Part shown: positions 39,728 through 48,488 of the stretch, piece after piece
How the letters are laid out: the number at the start of each line of letters is the position of its first letter
How positions within the stretch are numbered: position 1 is the stretch's first letter
Source of the DNA: a virus
Lineage: Duplodnaviria; Heunggongvirae; Uroviricota; Caudoviricetes
IMG/VR virus record: IMGVR_UViG_3300029705_000031
Direction: 5' to 3' (one strand)
Length of the DNA: 64,000 nt
Notes under the pieces: model-generated
The model's input: the letters and a program-made list of their open reading frames with translations, nothing else
Database searches by the model: none
What the model was told of the DNA's origin: nothing
Program-made: the position numbers and the translations under genes

Positions 39728-42700
39728 ATGGCACAGAATGTAATTCAAAAGGATATTGTTGATATTCAAAAAGACAATATGCTTCAGTATATGATGTCTC
39801 TAATGTATGATAGAGCGATTCCTGATATTAGAGATGGATTAAAACCAGTACAGAAATTTATCCTTTGGAGTTGTTACAGTTCAGGTTTCTTTCCAAATAA
39901 ACCCCATGTAAAGTGTGCTAAGATTGCTGGTGATGTTATTGCTAACTTCCATCCACATTCACTAGATGCAGCTTATGAAGCATTGTGTAGACTTGCTCAG
40001 ACTCATTCTATGAATATTCCATTAATTGATTTTCATGGTGCATGTGGTTCTATTGATGGATCAGGCGCAGCAGCTCATAGATATTGTGTGACTGGTGATA
40101 CCTTAATTAGTCTACCAAATGGTAAATTAAAAAGAATTGATGAACTAATTGAAAATTCTAATGATGATTCAACTATGGATGTAGATTTTGAAGTATTAGA
40201 TTTTAAAAATAATCCAGTACATGTTTCTAAATTCTTTAATTCTGGAAAACATGATATAATCAAGATTAAAACCAGTTCTGGTTGTACTATTAGAGGTAGT
40301 TATAATCATCCTATCTTGTGTTTATATAAAAATCCTACTGATGGTCTACCAGAATTCAGATGGACAACTTTAGATAAAATTGAAACTGGATGTTATGCTG
40401 TTATAGCATCTAAATTCAATAATTCTTTTAATGAAACTATAAGTGAAGAAGAAAAGCTTAAAGCAATTTTCTTTGGTGGAATGGTTTCTGAAGGAGGTTT
40501 ATCTAAAAATCAGAGATACTATAGAGTAAGTTTCTCCAATCAAGATAATGAATACTATAATCTAGTGGAATCTGGATATAAAGTATATCTTGAAGAGAAT
40601 AATCTAAGTAATTTGAATATTCGTATTAATCCAAATGCTCGTGGTGGAGTTAAAGAATTTTGTACTGAAGACAAAAATCTTCATAATTTAGTTAAAGAAC
40701 AAATTGGTGAAGATGCTCATAATAAACAGATTCCTCCCTATGTTCTAAACTCTAATTTAGAAATTCAAAGATGGTTTTTAAAGGCACTTTTTGAAGGAGA
40801 TGGAGGAGTAACATGTCGTTTAGATAAAAGAAGAAAAGATAATGTTACTGGACATGTATTTTATTCTACTTCTTCAACAAAACTTTTGAATGAATTAAAA
40901 ATTCTATTAATGAATTTTGGTATTAGAACTAAAGTTACTAAAGACAGATCTAATTTTAAACTTACAATTTATTCTTTAACTGACATGAAAATTTTTAAAG
41001 AAAAAATAGGATTTTTAAGTGATAGAAAAAATAAAGTATTGAATGAATTAGTAGAAAATAAAGAAATACAAATTACTAAGTCTTATGGTGTTTCTTCTTC
41101 AGATAAAATTCCATATCTTGCCGAATTCATTAGAAATAATAAACTTAGAAATACACATTATTTAAAGTCTCATAGCCTAAATTGTAAACAAGATATAGAT
41201 AAACATAATGATGTAATTAAAGATTCTTTGAGTTATGAAGAATATTTTAAGCTTATGAGAAAACTTGAAGTTTTAGATTTATACCATTATGAAGAAATTA
41301 TTGAAGTTGAAAGACTACCAGAAGAAGTAGTATATTCAATTAAAGTAGATTCTAATGATCATAGTTTTATTAGTAATGGTTTTATTAGTCATAATACTGA
41401 GGCAAAACTTAGTAAATATGGATTAGATATTCTTAGTGAAATCGATAAGGATGCTGTTGATTTTGAAAAGAACTATGATGTAACTAAAGATCAACCAACT
41501 GTTTTACCTGCAGTAATTCCTAATATCCTATTGAATTCTTCAATGGGTATTGCAGGTGGTTATGCTTCTTCAATTCCTCCACATAACATCAAGGATGTAT
41601 GTAATACTGTATGTGAACTAATTGATAATCCTAATATGTCAGTTCAAGATGTAGCTAAGAAACTAGTTCCTGACTTTCCTACAGGTGGTATCTTATGTTC
41701 TAAGAAGGAAATTGAAAAAGCTTACATTACTGGTCAGGGTTCAGTAAAACTAAGAGGTAGAGCAACTATCAATAGAAATAAGAATAACACATCAGAAATT
41801 GTTATTACTGAAATTCCATTTATGACTACAATTGGTCCTCGTATGAGTGGCACATCTACTAATACTGAGGGTGGTTTGATTAATTCCATTGTAGCTAAGA
41901 TTAAAGATGGTACAATTGATGGAATTAAGGATATTCACGATATTTCTGATAAGAATGGTCTATGTATTAAAGTTTTTATCAAGAAAGATTATGACCCTGA
42001 TGTTATTCTAAATCAGTTATACAAGTTCACTCAGTTAGAATCTACTTTTAAGATCATTCTAGTTTGTAAGAATGGTAATTTCTTTAAGGTTTATAACATC
42101 AAGGAAATTCTAACTGAATGGATTGAATTCCGTGTATCTACTATTAGACGTATCATTACACATGATATCAAGAAAGCTAAGTATCGTGAACATATTCTAG
42201 AAGGTCTATTAAAAGCATTAACTGATATCGATACTGTTATTAGTATCATTAAGAAAGCTAATGGAAGAGCTGATGCTAAAGTAAAGTTAGTTAGGAAATA
42301 TGGATTTACTGATTTACAGGTTGAAGCTATTCTTGACATGAAACTTTCTCAGTTAAACTCTCTAGATGGAAAGAAGCTAGAAGAAGAAAAACTAAGTAAG
42401 CAAAAAGAAATTCTAGAACTAAAAGAGAATTGGAAAGAATCCAATATCTATGAAAGAATTAAGAAAGAACAGAAAGAATTTGCTAAAAAATATGGTAGTG
42501 AAAGAAAGACTACTGTAGAAGAGATTGATACTGATATTACTACTGAAGACATTATTGCTGATGAAGATACTTTGATTGTCATTACTCAGGGTAATTACAT
42601 TAAGCGTATTTCAAATGAGTTTAGAACTCAGAAACGTGGTACTCAGGGTATTTCTATTGGTGATAACTCTATCACAGAAATGTTCTCTGCTTCTACTAAG

Positions 42701-43543
42701 GATCATCTACTATGTTTTACTAATACTGCCAGAGTCTATGATTTAAAAGCTTATGACATTAAAGAATCTAAGGATCTTAAAGCTAAGGGTTTAAGAATTG
42801 AAAATTATCTAAATCTAAAAGAAAATGAAACAGTTACTAACATTCTATGTATCAATAATACACAGATGAATGATAATGAATCCTTCCTAGTTTTCGCTAC
42901 TAAGAATGGTATGATTAAGAAAACTAAGTTAGAAGAATTCAATAACATTCGTTCTACTGGTATTATTGCTTTGATGTTAAAGTCTGGTGATGAACTAGTT
43001 TCTGTAAAGTATATTGATACTAGTAAACCTATGCAAGATATCTTGATTTCTACTAAAAATGCTCAGACAGTTAGATATGATCATGAAGAAATCAAAGAAT
43101 TAGGTAGAAATACCTATGGTGTAATTGGTATTAATCTAGAAAATGATGACCGTATTACAGATATGTGTATCATTGAAGATGACGAACAACTAATCTTCTT
43201 TGCTACTAAAAATGGTTTAGGTAAAACTATTCGTATTACTGATAATGTAGAAAAAGTTGATCCCAATACTAAAGAAAAAGTAATCATCAATGATGGTTTT
43301 CCTAGACTAAAACGCTCATCCAACATTAAAGGCAGACTATGCATGAAACTAAAAGAAAATGACGAATTAGTTTCAATGGTAGCTATCAATAATGTAAATG
43401 ACGAACTAATGATTGTTACTGATAGCAAACTATTAGTAGTCAATACTGAAGAATTCAAAGAACCTTTAAAGAGACCTACTTATGGTAAGAAATTAGTTAG
43501 TTTGACTAATGAAGACTATGTAAGAAAGGTGATTCTAAAGTGA
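39728..43543 (+). CDS. type IIA topoisomerase DNA breakage-reunion subunit (GyrA/ParC-like; precursor containing an intein)
   Basis: N-terminal GyrA blocks HPHSLDAAYEALCRLAQ and AAAHRY(active-site Tyr)...TEAKLSKYG split by intein; C-terminal beta-pinwheel-like repeats. Confidence 0.85.
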   Translation: MAQNVIQKDIVDIQKDNMLQYMMSLMYDRAIPDIRDGLKPVQKFILWSCYSSGFFPNKPHVKCAKIAGDVIANFHPHSLDAAYEALCRLAQTHSMNIPLIDFHGACGSIDGSGAAAHRYCVTGDTLISLPNGKLKRIDELIENSNDDSTMDVDFEVLDFKNNPVHVSKFFNSGKHDIIKIKTSSGCTIRGSYNHPILCLYKNPTDGLPEFRWTTLDKIETGCYAVIASKFNNSFNETISEEEKLKAIFFGGMVSEGGLSKNQRYYRVSFSNQDNEYYNLVESGYKVYLEENNLSNLNIRINPNARGGVKEFCTEDKNLHNLVKEQIGEDAHNKQIPPYVLNSNLEIQRWFLKALFEGDGGVTCRLDKRRKDNVTGHVFYSTSSTKLLNELKILLMNFGIRTKVTKDRSNFKLTIYSLTDMKIFKEKIGFLSDRKNKVLNELVENKEIQITKSYGVSSSDKIPYLAEFIRNNKLRNTHYLKSHSLNCKQDIDKHNDVIKDSLSYEEYFKLMRKLEVLDLYHYEEIIEVERLPEEVVYSIKVDSNDHSFISNGFISHNTEAKLSKYGLDILSEIDKDAVDFEKNYDVTKDQPTVLPAVIPNILLNSSMGIAGGYASSIPPHNIKDVCNTVCELIDNPNMSVQDVAKKLVPDFPTGGILCSKKEIEKAYITGQGSVKLRGRATINRNKNNTSEIVITEIPFMTTIGPRMSGTSTNTEGGLINSIVAKIKDGTIDGIKDIHDISDKNGLCIKVFIKKDYDPDVILNQLYKFTQLESTFKIILVCKNGNFFKVYNIKEILTEWIEFRVSTIRRIITHDIKKAKYREHILEGLLKALTDIDTVISIIKKANGRADAKVKLVRKYGFTDLQVEAILDMKLSQLNSLDGKKLEEEKLSKQKEILELKENWKESNIYERIKKEQKEFAKKYGSERKTTVEEIDTDITTEDIIADEDTLIVITQGNYIKRISNEFRTQKRGTQGISIGDNSITEMFSASTKDHLLCFTNTARVYDLKAYDIKESKDLKAKGLRIENYLNLKENETVTNILCINNTQMNDNESFLVFATKNGMIKKTKLEEFNNIRSTGIIALMLKSGDELVSVKYIDTSKPMQDILISTKNAQTVRYDHEEIKELGRNTYGVIGINLENDDRITDMCIIEDDEQLIFFATKNGLGKTIRITDNVEKVDPNTKEKVIINDGFPRLKRSSNIKGRLCMKLKENDELVSMVAINNVNDELMIVTDSKLLVVNTEEFKEPLKRPTYGKKLVSLTNEDYVRKVILK
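40085..41395 (+). mobile_element. intein (437 aa) with LAGLIDADG homing-endonuclease domain, inserted immediately after the catalytic tyrosine codon of the GyrA-like gene
   Basis: block A CVTGDTLISL, block B GSYNHPIL (TxxH), two LAGLIDADG motifs AIFFGGMVSEGG and FLKALFEGDGGV, block G VYSIKVD...ISHN followed by +1 Thr (TEAKL); removal restores AAAHRY-TEAKLSKYG. Confidence 0.9.
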
Positions 43544-43728
43544 CTGGTTTAGTTATATTTGTATTAGCTATCTTAGTTTTCTTTACAGTATATGTAGTCA
43601 AATTTCTATTAGCTTTAAAGAAAATTAAACCAAGTTTTAGTAGATCTATTGTCATTACACATACTGTAATTATGTATGTTTTTATGGTAGTACTACTTAT
43701 TTTTCCTTTATTAGAGGTGATTTTCTAA
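43540..43728 (+). CDS. small two-TM membrane protein (62 aa), GTG start overlapping topo gene stop
   Basis: hydrophobic segments LVIFVLAILVFFTVYVV and VIMYVFMVVLLIFPLL. Confidence 0.4.
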   Translation: MTGLVIFVLAILVFFTVYVVKFLLALKKIKPSFSRSIVITHTVIMYVFMVVLLIFPLLEVIF

Positions 43729-43899
43729 ATGTCTGTACAAATCTGTATGTTTATTGTATCTATTAGTGTACTTCTTATAATTTCTGGTTGTTATATCAAC
43801 ATAAATGATACACTAAACAAAAAAGATGGAGATATTCCTGAATCTATTGGAATTATTCTGTTTGTTACCTCTATCATTAAACTTTGGAGAATGATGTAA
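43729..43899 (+). CDS. small putative lipoprotein (56 aa; signal peptide with lipobox IISG-C)
   Basis: ATG overlaps previous stop (TAAATG); GAGGTGA RBS; MSVQICMFIVSISVLLIISGC fits [LVI][AST][GA]C lipobox; not in supplied ORF track (<60 aa). Confidence 0.4.
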   Translation: MSVQICMFIVSISVLLIISGCYININDTLNKKDGDIPESIGIILFVTSIIKLWRMM

Positions 43900-43912
43900 A
43901 AGGTAATCCTAT

Positions 43913-43959
43913 AAATTCGACTATTTCAAGGTTATATCTTGAAATAGTCGAATTTTTTA
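43913..43959 (+). terminator. rho-independent terminator
   Basis: aaattcgactatttcaag / cttgaaatagtcgaattt + T-run. Confidence 0.7.
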
Positions 43960-43990
43960 TCTCTATATTAAAGGAGAAGTATATTCTAAG

Positions 43991-44164
43991 ATGAACGATC
44001 TCTTTAATCTATTCATGATACCATGTATTGTTATAATACTAATTGGATTAATCACTATAACACTATTTAAAAAATCTCGTTATGAAGGATTTTGTATTCT
44101 ATCTATTGGTATTATTGGATTTTTGATCTTATTAGTAACTTTCAAAATACTTCTAAAAATCTAG
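43991..44164 (+). CDS. small two-TM membrane protein (57 aa)
   Basis: AAAGGAGAAG RBS; hydrophobic IPCIVIILIGLITITLF and ILSIGIIGFLILLVTF; not in ORF track (<60 aa). Confidence 0.4.
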   Translation: MNDLFNLFMIPCIVIILIGLITITLFKKSRYEGFCILSIGIIGFLILLVTFKILLKI

Positions 44165-44176
44165 GAGGAAATTAGA

Positions 44177-44593
44177 ATGCTAGAAAATAAAGAAATGCCT
44201 ATTAGAATTGAATTCAATCTAAAAATCACCGATCAGGATATTGAAGATATTGTAGTTACAGCAATTGAAGGCGGTATTGGATATTGGGCTTGTTTGGATA
44301 ATACTACTGAAGAATGGAATGAATTTGAAAAATCTAATTTAACCACTAGTGAATATTGTTCCAAACTACTATTGGATGGAAAGAAACTAAGATTTATTGA
44401 TGATGAAGATAGGAATACTTCTTGGTTGTTAGATATCGATATGTTACTTAATGGAATTAAGATGTATATCGAGAGTTGTTCTACTGATATAGTTGATAGT
44501 GGTTGTTTTGAGTTAGACCTATGTAATCTAGATGCTAATTCTGCTGATTGTATTTTCCAATATGCCTTATTTAAAGAAATTGTATATGGTTAA
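44177..44593 (+). CDS. hypothetical protein (138 aa)
   Basis: ORF with AGGAGG RBS. Confidence 0.45.
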   Translation: MLENKEMPIRIEFNLKITDQDIEDIVVTAIEGGIGYWACLDNTTEEWNEFEKSNLTTSEYCSKLLLDGKKLRFIDDEDRNTSWLLDIDMLLNGIKMYIESCSTDIVDSGCFELDLCNLDANSADCIFQYALFKEIVYG

Positions 44594-44618
44594 AATCTAA
44601 GAAAGTAGGTATACTATT

Positions 44619-44774
44619 ATGAAATGTCCTAACTGTGGTTGTGATTTATTACTAACAGTAACTACAAATGATATTACAGGAAATAGTTATACTAGTTTTT
44701 ATAGATGTGAAAGTTGTGAAACTAAATTAGACGAAGATGAAGTAGTGAAATTTAATGATAATGAGATTATTTAG
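44619..44774 (+). CDS. small zinc-ribbon protein (51 aa; CPNCGC...CESCE)
   Basis: two CxxC pairs; AGGTATAC RBS-like; below ORF-track size cutoff. Confidence 0.35.
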   Translation: MKCPNCGCDLLLTVTTNDITGNSYTSFYRCESCETKLDEDEVVKFNDNEII

Positions 44775-44869
44775 CTTATAACTATAAAAAGTAAAAATTT
44801 TTATAAATATATTTAATAATTCTGTAAACAAAATACTACAACACAACTAATCAAAAAGGAGACAAAATC

Positions 44870-45033
44870 ATGAAGTATTCAGAATTGGTCGATCAGGTAT
44901 TCGTAACTTCGGTGGCAGGTGTTGTACCTTATATCGAAGGACATGCTGGTGTTGGTAAGTCGCAGATGATTAGAGACGTAGCAAATCTCTATCGTGAAAA
45001 AGGATTTGAGGAAGTACCTATCGTTACCTTATT
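44870..45033 (+). CDS. MoxR-type AAA+ ATPase (AAA_5 family), exon 1 with Walker A
   Basis: Walker A EGHAGVGKSQ; ORF ends 10 codons past proposed junction; exon end ccttattc pairs with intron IGS gaataagg (45945..45952). Confidence 0.7.
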
Positions 45034-46217
45034 CGGTGCGCTACTAAAAGAGGGAGAGCTTAACTAAAGGTTACAATTCTTTAATAAAGGGGATGTTTTT
45101 ATGAGAGTAAAAACAAAACCTAATGTTGATGTTGGAGTTACTTTCACAAATAACGATGGTTTAGATTTTATAGTAGATGAGATAGTAGAAATAAAAAAGT
45201 ATGAAAAAATGTGTAAAATCACATTTTTAGAAAGTGGATATTCAGCTATAGTTGGTAGTAGTTCTATAACAAAAGGAAGTGTTAAAGATTACTATCAGAT
45301 AACTATTCTTGGTGTTGCTTGTTTTGGTGATGCTAAAACAAATCCAAGGCATACTAAGCAAACATATAGAATTTATAAAAACATGTTACATCGTTGCTAT
45401 GATGAAAAAAACAAAGACTATAATTCATATGGTGGTATTGGTGTTTCTGTTTGTTCTAATTGGTTGAACTATAACAATTTTCTAAATGACCTTTATGATA
45501 TTGAAGGATTTGATTTTGAAAAATTTGAAAATGGTGAAATTAGTATGGACAAAGATAAGAAACAAAAATACATTCCTAAGAATGAAAGAATTTATAGCAA
45601 GGAAACATGTTGTTTCATATCTACTAGTGAAAATTCTACTATAAGAAATTTCGAAAATAGTCTAAATCCAGAAAAAAGAAAAATTCTTATAACCTATCCA
45701 GATGGTAATACTGAAACAATAGATAGAACAGAATTAAAAATCTATTGTGAAAAAAAGGGTTTTACAAATCCAAACCATATTAGAAGAGTTTTAAGAAAAG
45801 AACGTAATTCTTACAAAAACATTAAATTTGAACTTGTAGACTAATGGGTTCTTCATTAACAAACCTCATGAACTTAAGGTAAGATCTTAAGGTGTGTTAC
45901 TTATCGTATTAAGTAATGCTAACGGTATCAGTGGAATAAGGATAGTTTACTATCACGAAGCAGCTGACTAAGAGACTCTACGGTCCAGAAATGGATAGCA
46001 GACAATACCGTGCCAAGCTTCTCAAAAGAGATGAAGGTGTACAGACTATCGAAACCAACTAGTTTTAAACTAGTAATAAGGTAAGTTGAAATACTTACAC
46101 GAAGGGAGTAGAGTAGGATAAACAATCCGAAGGATGAGGATCTAGATTGTTTCTAGATAAAAGATAGTCGAAAAATCACATAGAAATATGGTAGTGAAAA
46201 CTACATGATTTTTGCGG
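45034..46217 (+). mobile_element. group I self-splicing intron interrupting the MoxR-like ATPase gene (splice boundaries approximate, +/- 5 nt)
   Basis: IGS-like gaataagg following cagtg as in intron 1; R element gtgtacagactatcgaaacc (46036..46055), S element aaaagatagtcg (~46160..46171); ~75 nt core 46044..46117 near-identical to 35000..35073 of intron 1 with compensatory stem change (ctaac/gttag vs ctag/ctag); no canonical U.G at 5' splice site identified. Confidence 0.7.
45101..45844 (+). CDS. intron-encoded protein (247 aa), probable homing endonuclease/DNA-binding protein with conserved YxIYxxMxxRCY...YGGIGVxVCxxW motif
   Basis: located wholly inside intron; motif recurrent in phage intron/HEG-associated proteins; no clear HNH or GIY-YIG catalytic signature found. 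Confidence 0.35.
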   Translation: MRVKTKPNVDVGVTFTNNDGLDFIVDEIVEIKKYEKMCKITFLESGYSAIVGSSSITKGSVKDYYQITILGVACFGDAKTNPRHTKQTYRIYKNMLHRCYDEKNKDYNSYGGIGVSVCSNWLNYNNFLNDLYDIEGFDFEKFENGEISMDKDKKQKYIPKNERIYSKETCCFISTSENSTIRNFENSLNPEKRKILITYPDGNTETIDRTELKIYCEKKGFTNPNHIRRVLRKERNSYKNIKFELVD

Positions 46218-47199
46218 TGGTATTCCCGTTCCTAGACGTGATGAAAATAGCAAGAAAATGATCAACGATTACACTACACATGTTAAAATGCAGCAGATTT
46301 TGGATAATGATACTAGAGGTATCAACACAATCCTCTTTATTGACGAGCTAAATAGATGTGAAGCAGCAGTGAATCAGGAACTCATGCAGTTGATTCTTGA
46401 CCGTAGAATCAATGAAACGATTCTTCCTGATTCTTGTATTATTGTTGCAGCAGGTAACCCTGAGTATGACGATGATAACGACTATCAGGTTCAGGTTATG
46501 AACGACGCCATGAAGAATCGGTTTGTTAAGTATACACTTGAAGCTGATGTAAAGGACTGGCTTAAGTGGGCATCTAACACAAAGGATGATAACAAAACTG
46601 GTACAGAAGCAATTGATTCTGACGTAATTGAGTTTATTGCAGAAATGCCTAATCTACTTCACGATCCTCATAGTAAAGAAGACATCAAGCCCACTCCTAG
46701 AGGTTGGGAACTTCTTTCTAAGGTAATGAGACAGATTAAGAATTACTATCCTGAAGATTTTGAAAGTATGTTGTTTGAAGCAGCAAAGGGTGTAGTTGGT
46801 CAGACTCCTGCAACCCAGCTAATTGGTTTCCTGAGAGATAAGAAGAATCCTATTACTTCTACTAAGGATATTTTCAAGTCTTCTGATAAGGAATTTAACA
46901 ATAACGTACTTAACAAGATTAAGGGTGATACATCCACTAGACAGTTCGTTATCATTGATCGTTGCATTCGTTACATTAGCGAAAACATTAAGGAATTCAA
47001 TGATAAGAAGACTGGTGAAAATAGCTGTAAGAGATTCATTGAAGTATGTAAGGTACTTCCCAAGGACATCATGGTTGGCGTTCTAAAGAACATTGGTGTT
47101 AATCATAAGAATATTCATGATACTTTTACTAAGTATGATGACTATATGGATCTATTCTTTGATACCAATAAGAAGACTATGACTGCGGCAAACATCTAA
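46218..47199 (+). CDS. MoxR-type AAA+ ATPase, exon 2 (Walker B, sensor and AAA lid)
   Basis: ILFIDELNRCEAAVNQELMQLILDRR...IIVAAGNPEYDDDNDYQV...AMKNRF = classic AAA_5/MoxR Walker B-sensor blocks; in-frame extension upstream of first ATG back to 46198. Confidence 0.75.
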
Positions 47200-47212
47200 G
47201 CCATACTAATAG

Positions 47213-47270
47213 AGTTTAAGAGTTAGAGAAAAATAAAAAATTCTCTAACTCTTAAACTTTTTTCTTTTTT
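47213..47270 (+). terminator. rho-independent terminator (long-loop hairpin)
   Basis: agtttaagagttagag / ctctaactcttaaact + T-runs. Confidence 0.6.
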
Positions 47271-47318
47271 AATGAGTAATCAAAAAATCTTATAGAGAAA
47301 GGAGATGTACTATAAGTT

Positions 47319-48488
47319 TTGACTGATAAAGAATTGGAATTTGTAAAAAAGTTTCTAGATTTTAAAGAAGCTACTGAAAACAGTTACTACTATGATCGTT
47401 ATATAACACCAAGTGATGTTATGAAGTTTTTACAACCAGATGCAAGAAGAAACTATAAAGATGCTTGTAACATACTTTCTTATGAAGATAGAATAGATTT
47501 AGCAAAAATCTATCTAGAAAGAATAGTAAGTATGACATTTAGTAACAATTTTGGTTACTATAAAAATAGTCATAATAGTAATAAAGGTTACTATGAAACG
47601 ATGTTATCCAATAGTGGAATTGACTGTTATGTTGATGTAGCTAAAACAAATGAAGAAGGTTTTCCATTAGAGTTCAACAAGAAAAATGAGAACTTTTTCT
47701 ATATCTTCTTAGATGGTCTCTATAAGTATTGGGATAAGCAGTTAGAATACTATAAAAACAATCAACAAGAAGCTGTAGAGATTATGTTTGAATCTCAATG
47801 TAATGGTACTTGGTTTTACTATAACCATTTCAACTATAACTTCCTAAAAGTATATCTAGAATATCTGAAATCTAGAGGATTTAAGATTAACATCTTTGAG
47901 CTTTTCAATAAGAAACTCAAAAGAGTTATAAAAAGTATGGATAAAGGTTTAGCACATTATACTAAATCTTATCTATTTGAAAGTTTAGCTATAATCTTTG
48001 ATTTCTATAATGCTATTCTAGATATCTATGGAGAAGATAATGAAAAAGTAATCAATAAGCTACAGAACAATCTAATCACTATTTTCAAAGATGAAATAGA
48101 AACTGAGAAATTTGGTTTCATGAATACTTTCTTATACACAAAGAGGTGGACTAACAATAGTAAGAATAGAAGTTCTGAATCAACTAGTGATGTAGTTCAT
48201 TTCTGGGAGTATGTTTACAATAATGAACTAAATCCTACTTTAAAACGTATCTTCTTGAATGCAATAATTCATACTTGGAATAAGTCACCTATTCCAAAAG
48301 TAAGAAACTCAATGCAGTTACTAGTGGATTTAGCAACTTATAAATATGATGGAAGATCAGGATTTCCATACCATAATCAAAGATTGTTCTATAATGACAT
48401 AATTGCAAATGCAAACATGCTAAAGAAATCTGTTAAATCTATACTATTTTCTAAAGCAATTCTAGAAGAAGGAGGTTTATTTCTATAA
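47319..48488 (+). CDS. hypothetical protein (389 aa), TTG start, between MoxR ATPase and VWA genes
   Basis: ORF with AAAGGAG RBS; stop overlaps next start (TAATG). Confidence 0.5.
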   Translation: MTDKELEFVKKFLDFKEATENSYYYDRYITPSDVMKFLQPDARRNYKDACNILSYEDRIDLAKIYLERIVSMTFSNNFGYYKNSHNSNKGYYETMLSNSGIDCYVDVAKTNEEGFPLEFNKKNENFFYIFLDGLYKYWDKQLEYYKNNQQEAVEIMFESQCNGTWFYYNHFNYNFLKVYLEYLKSRGFKINIFELFNKKLKRVIKSMDKGLAHYTKSYLFESLAIIFDFYNAILDIYGEDNEKVINKLQNNLITIFKDEIETEKFGFMNTFLYTKRWTNNSKNRSSESTSDVVHFWEYVYNNELNPTLKRIFLNAIIHTWNKSPIPKVRNSMQLLVDLATYKYDGRSGFPYHNQRLFYNDIIANANMLKKSVKSILFSKAILEEGGLFL

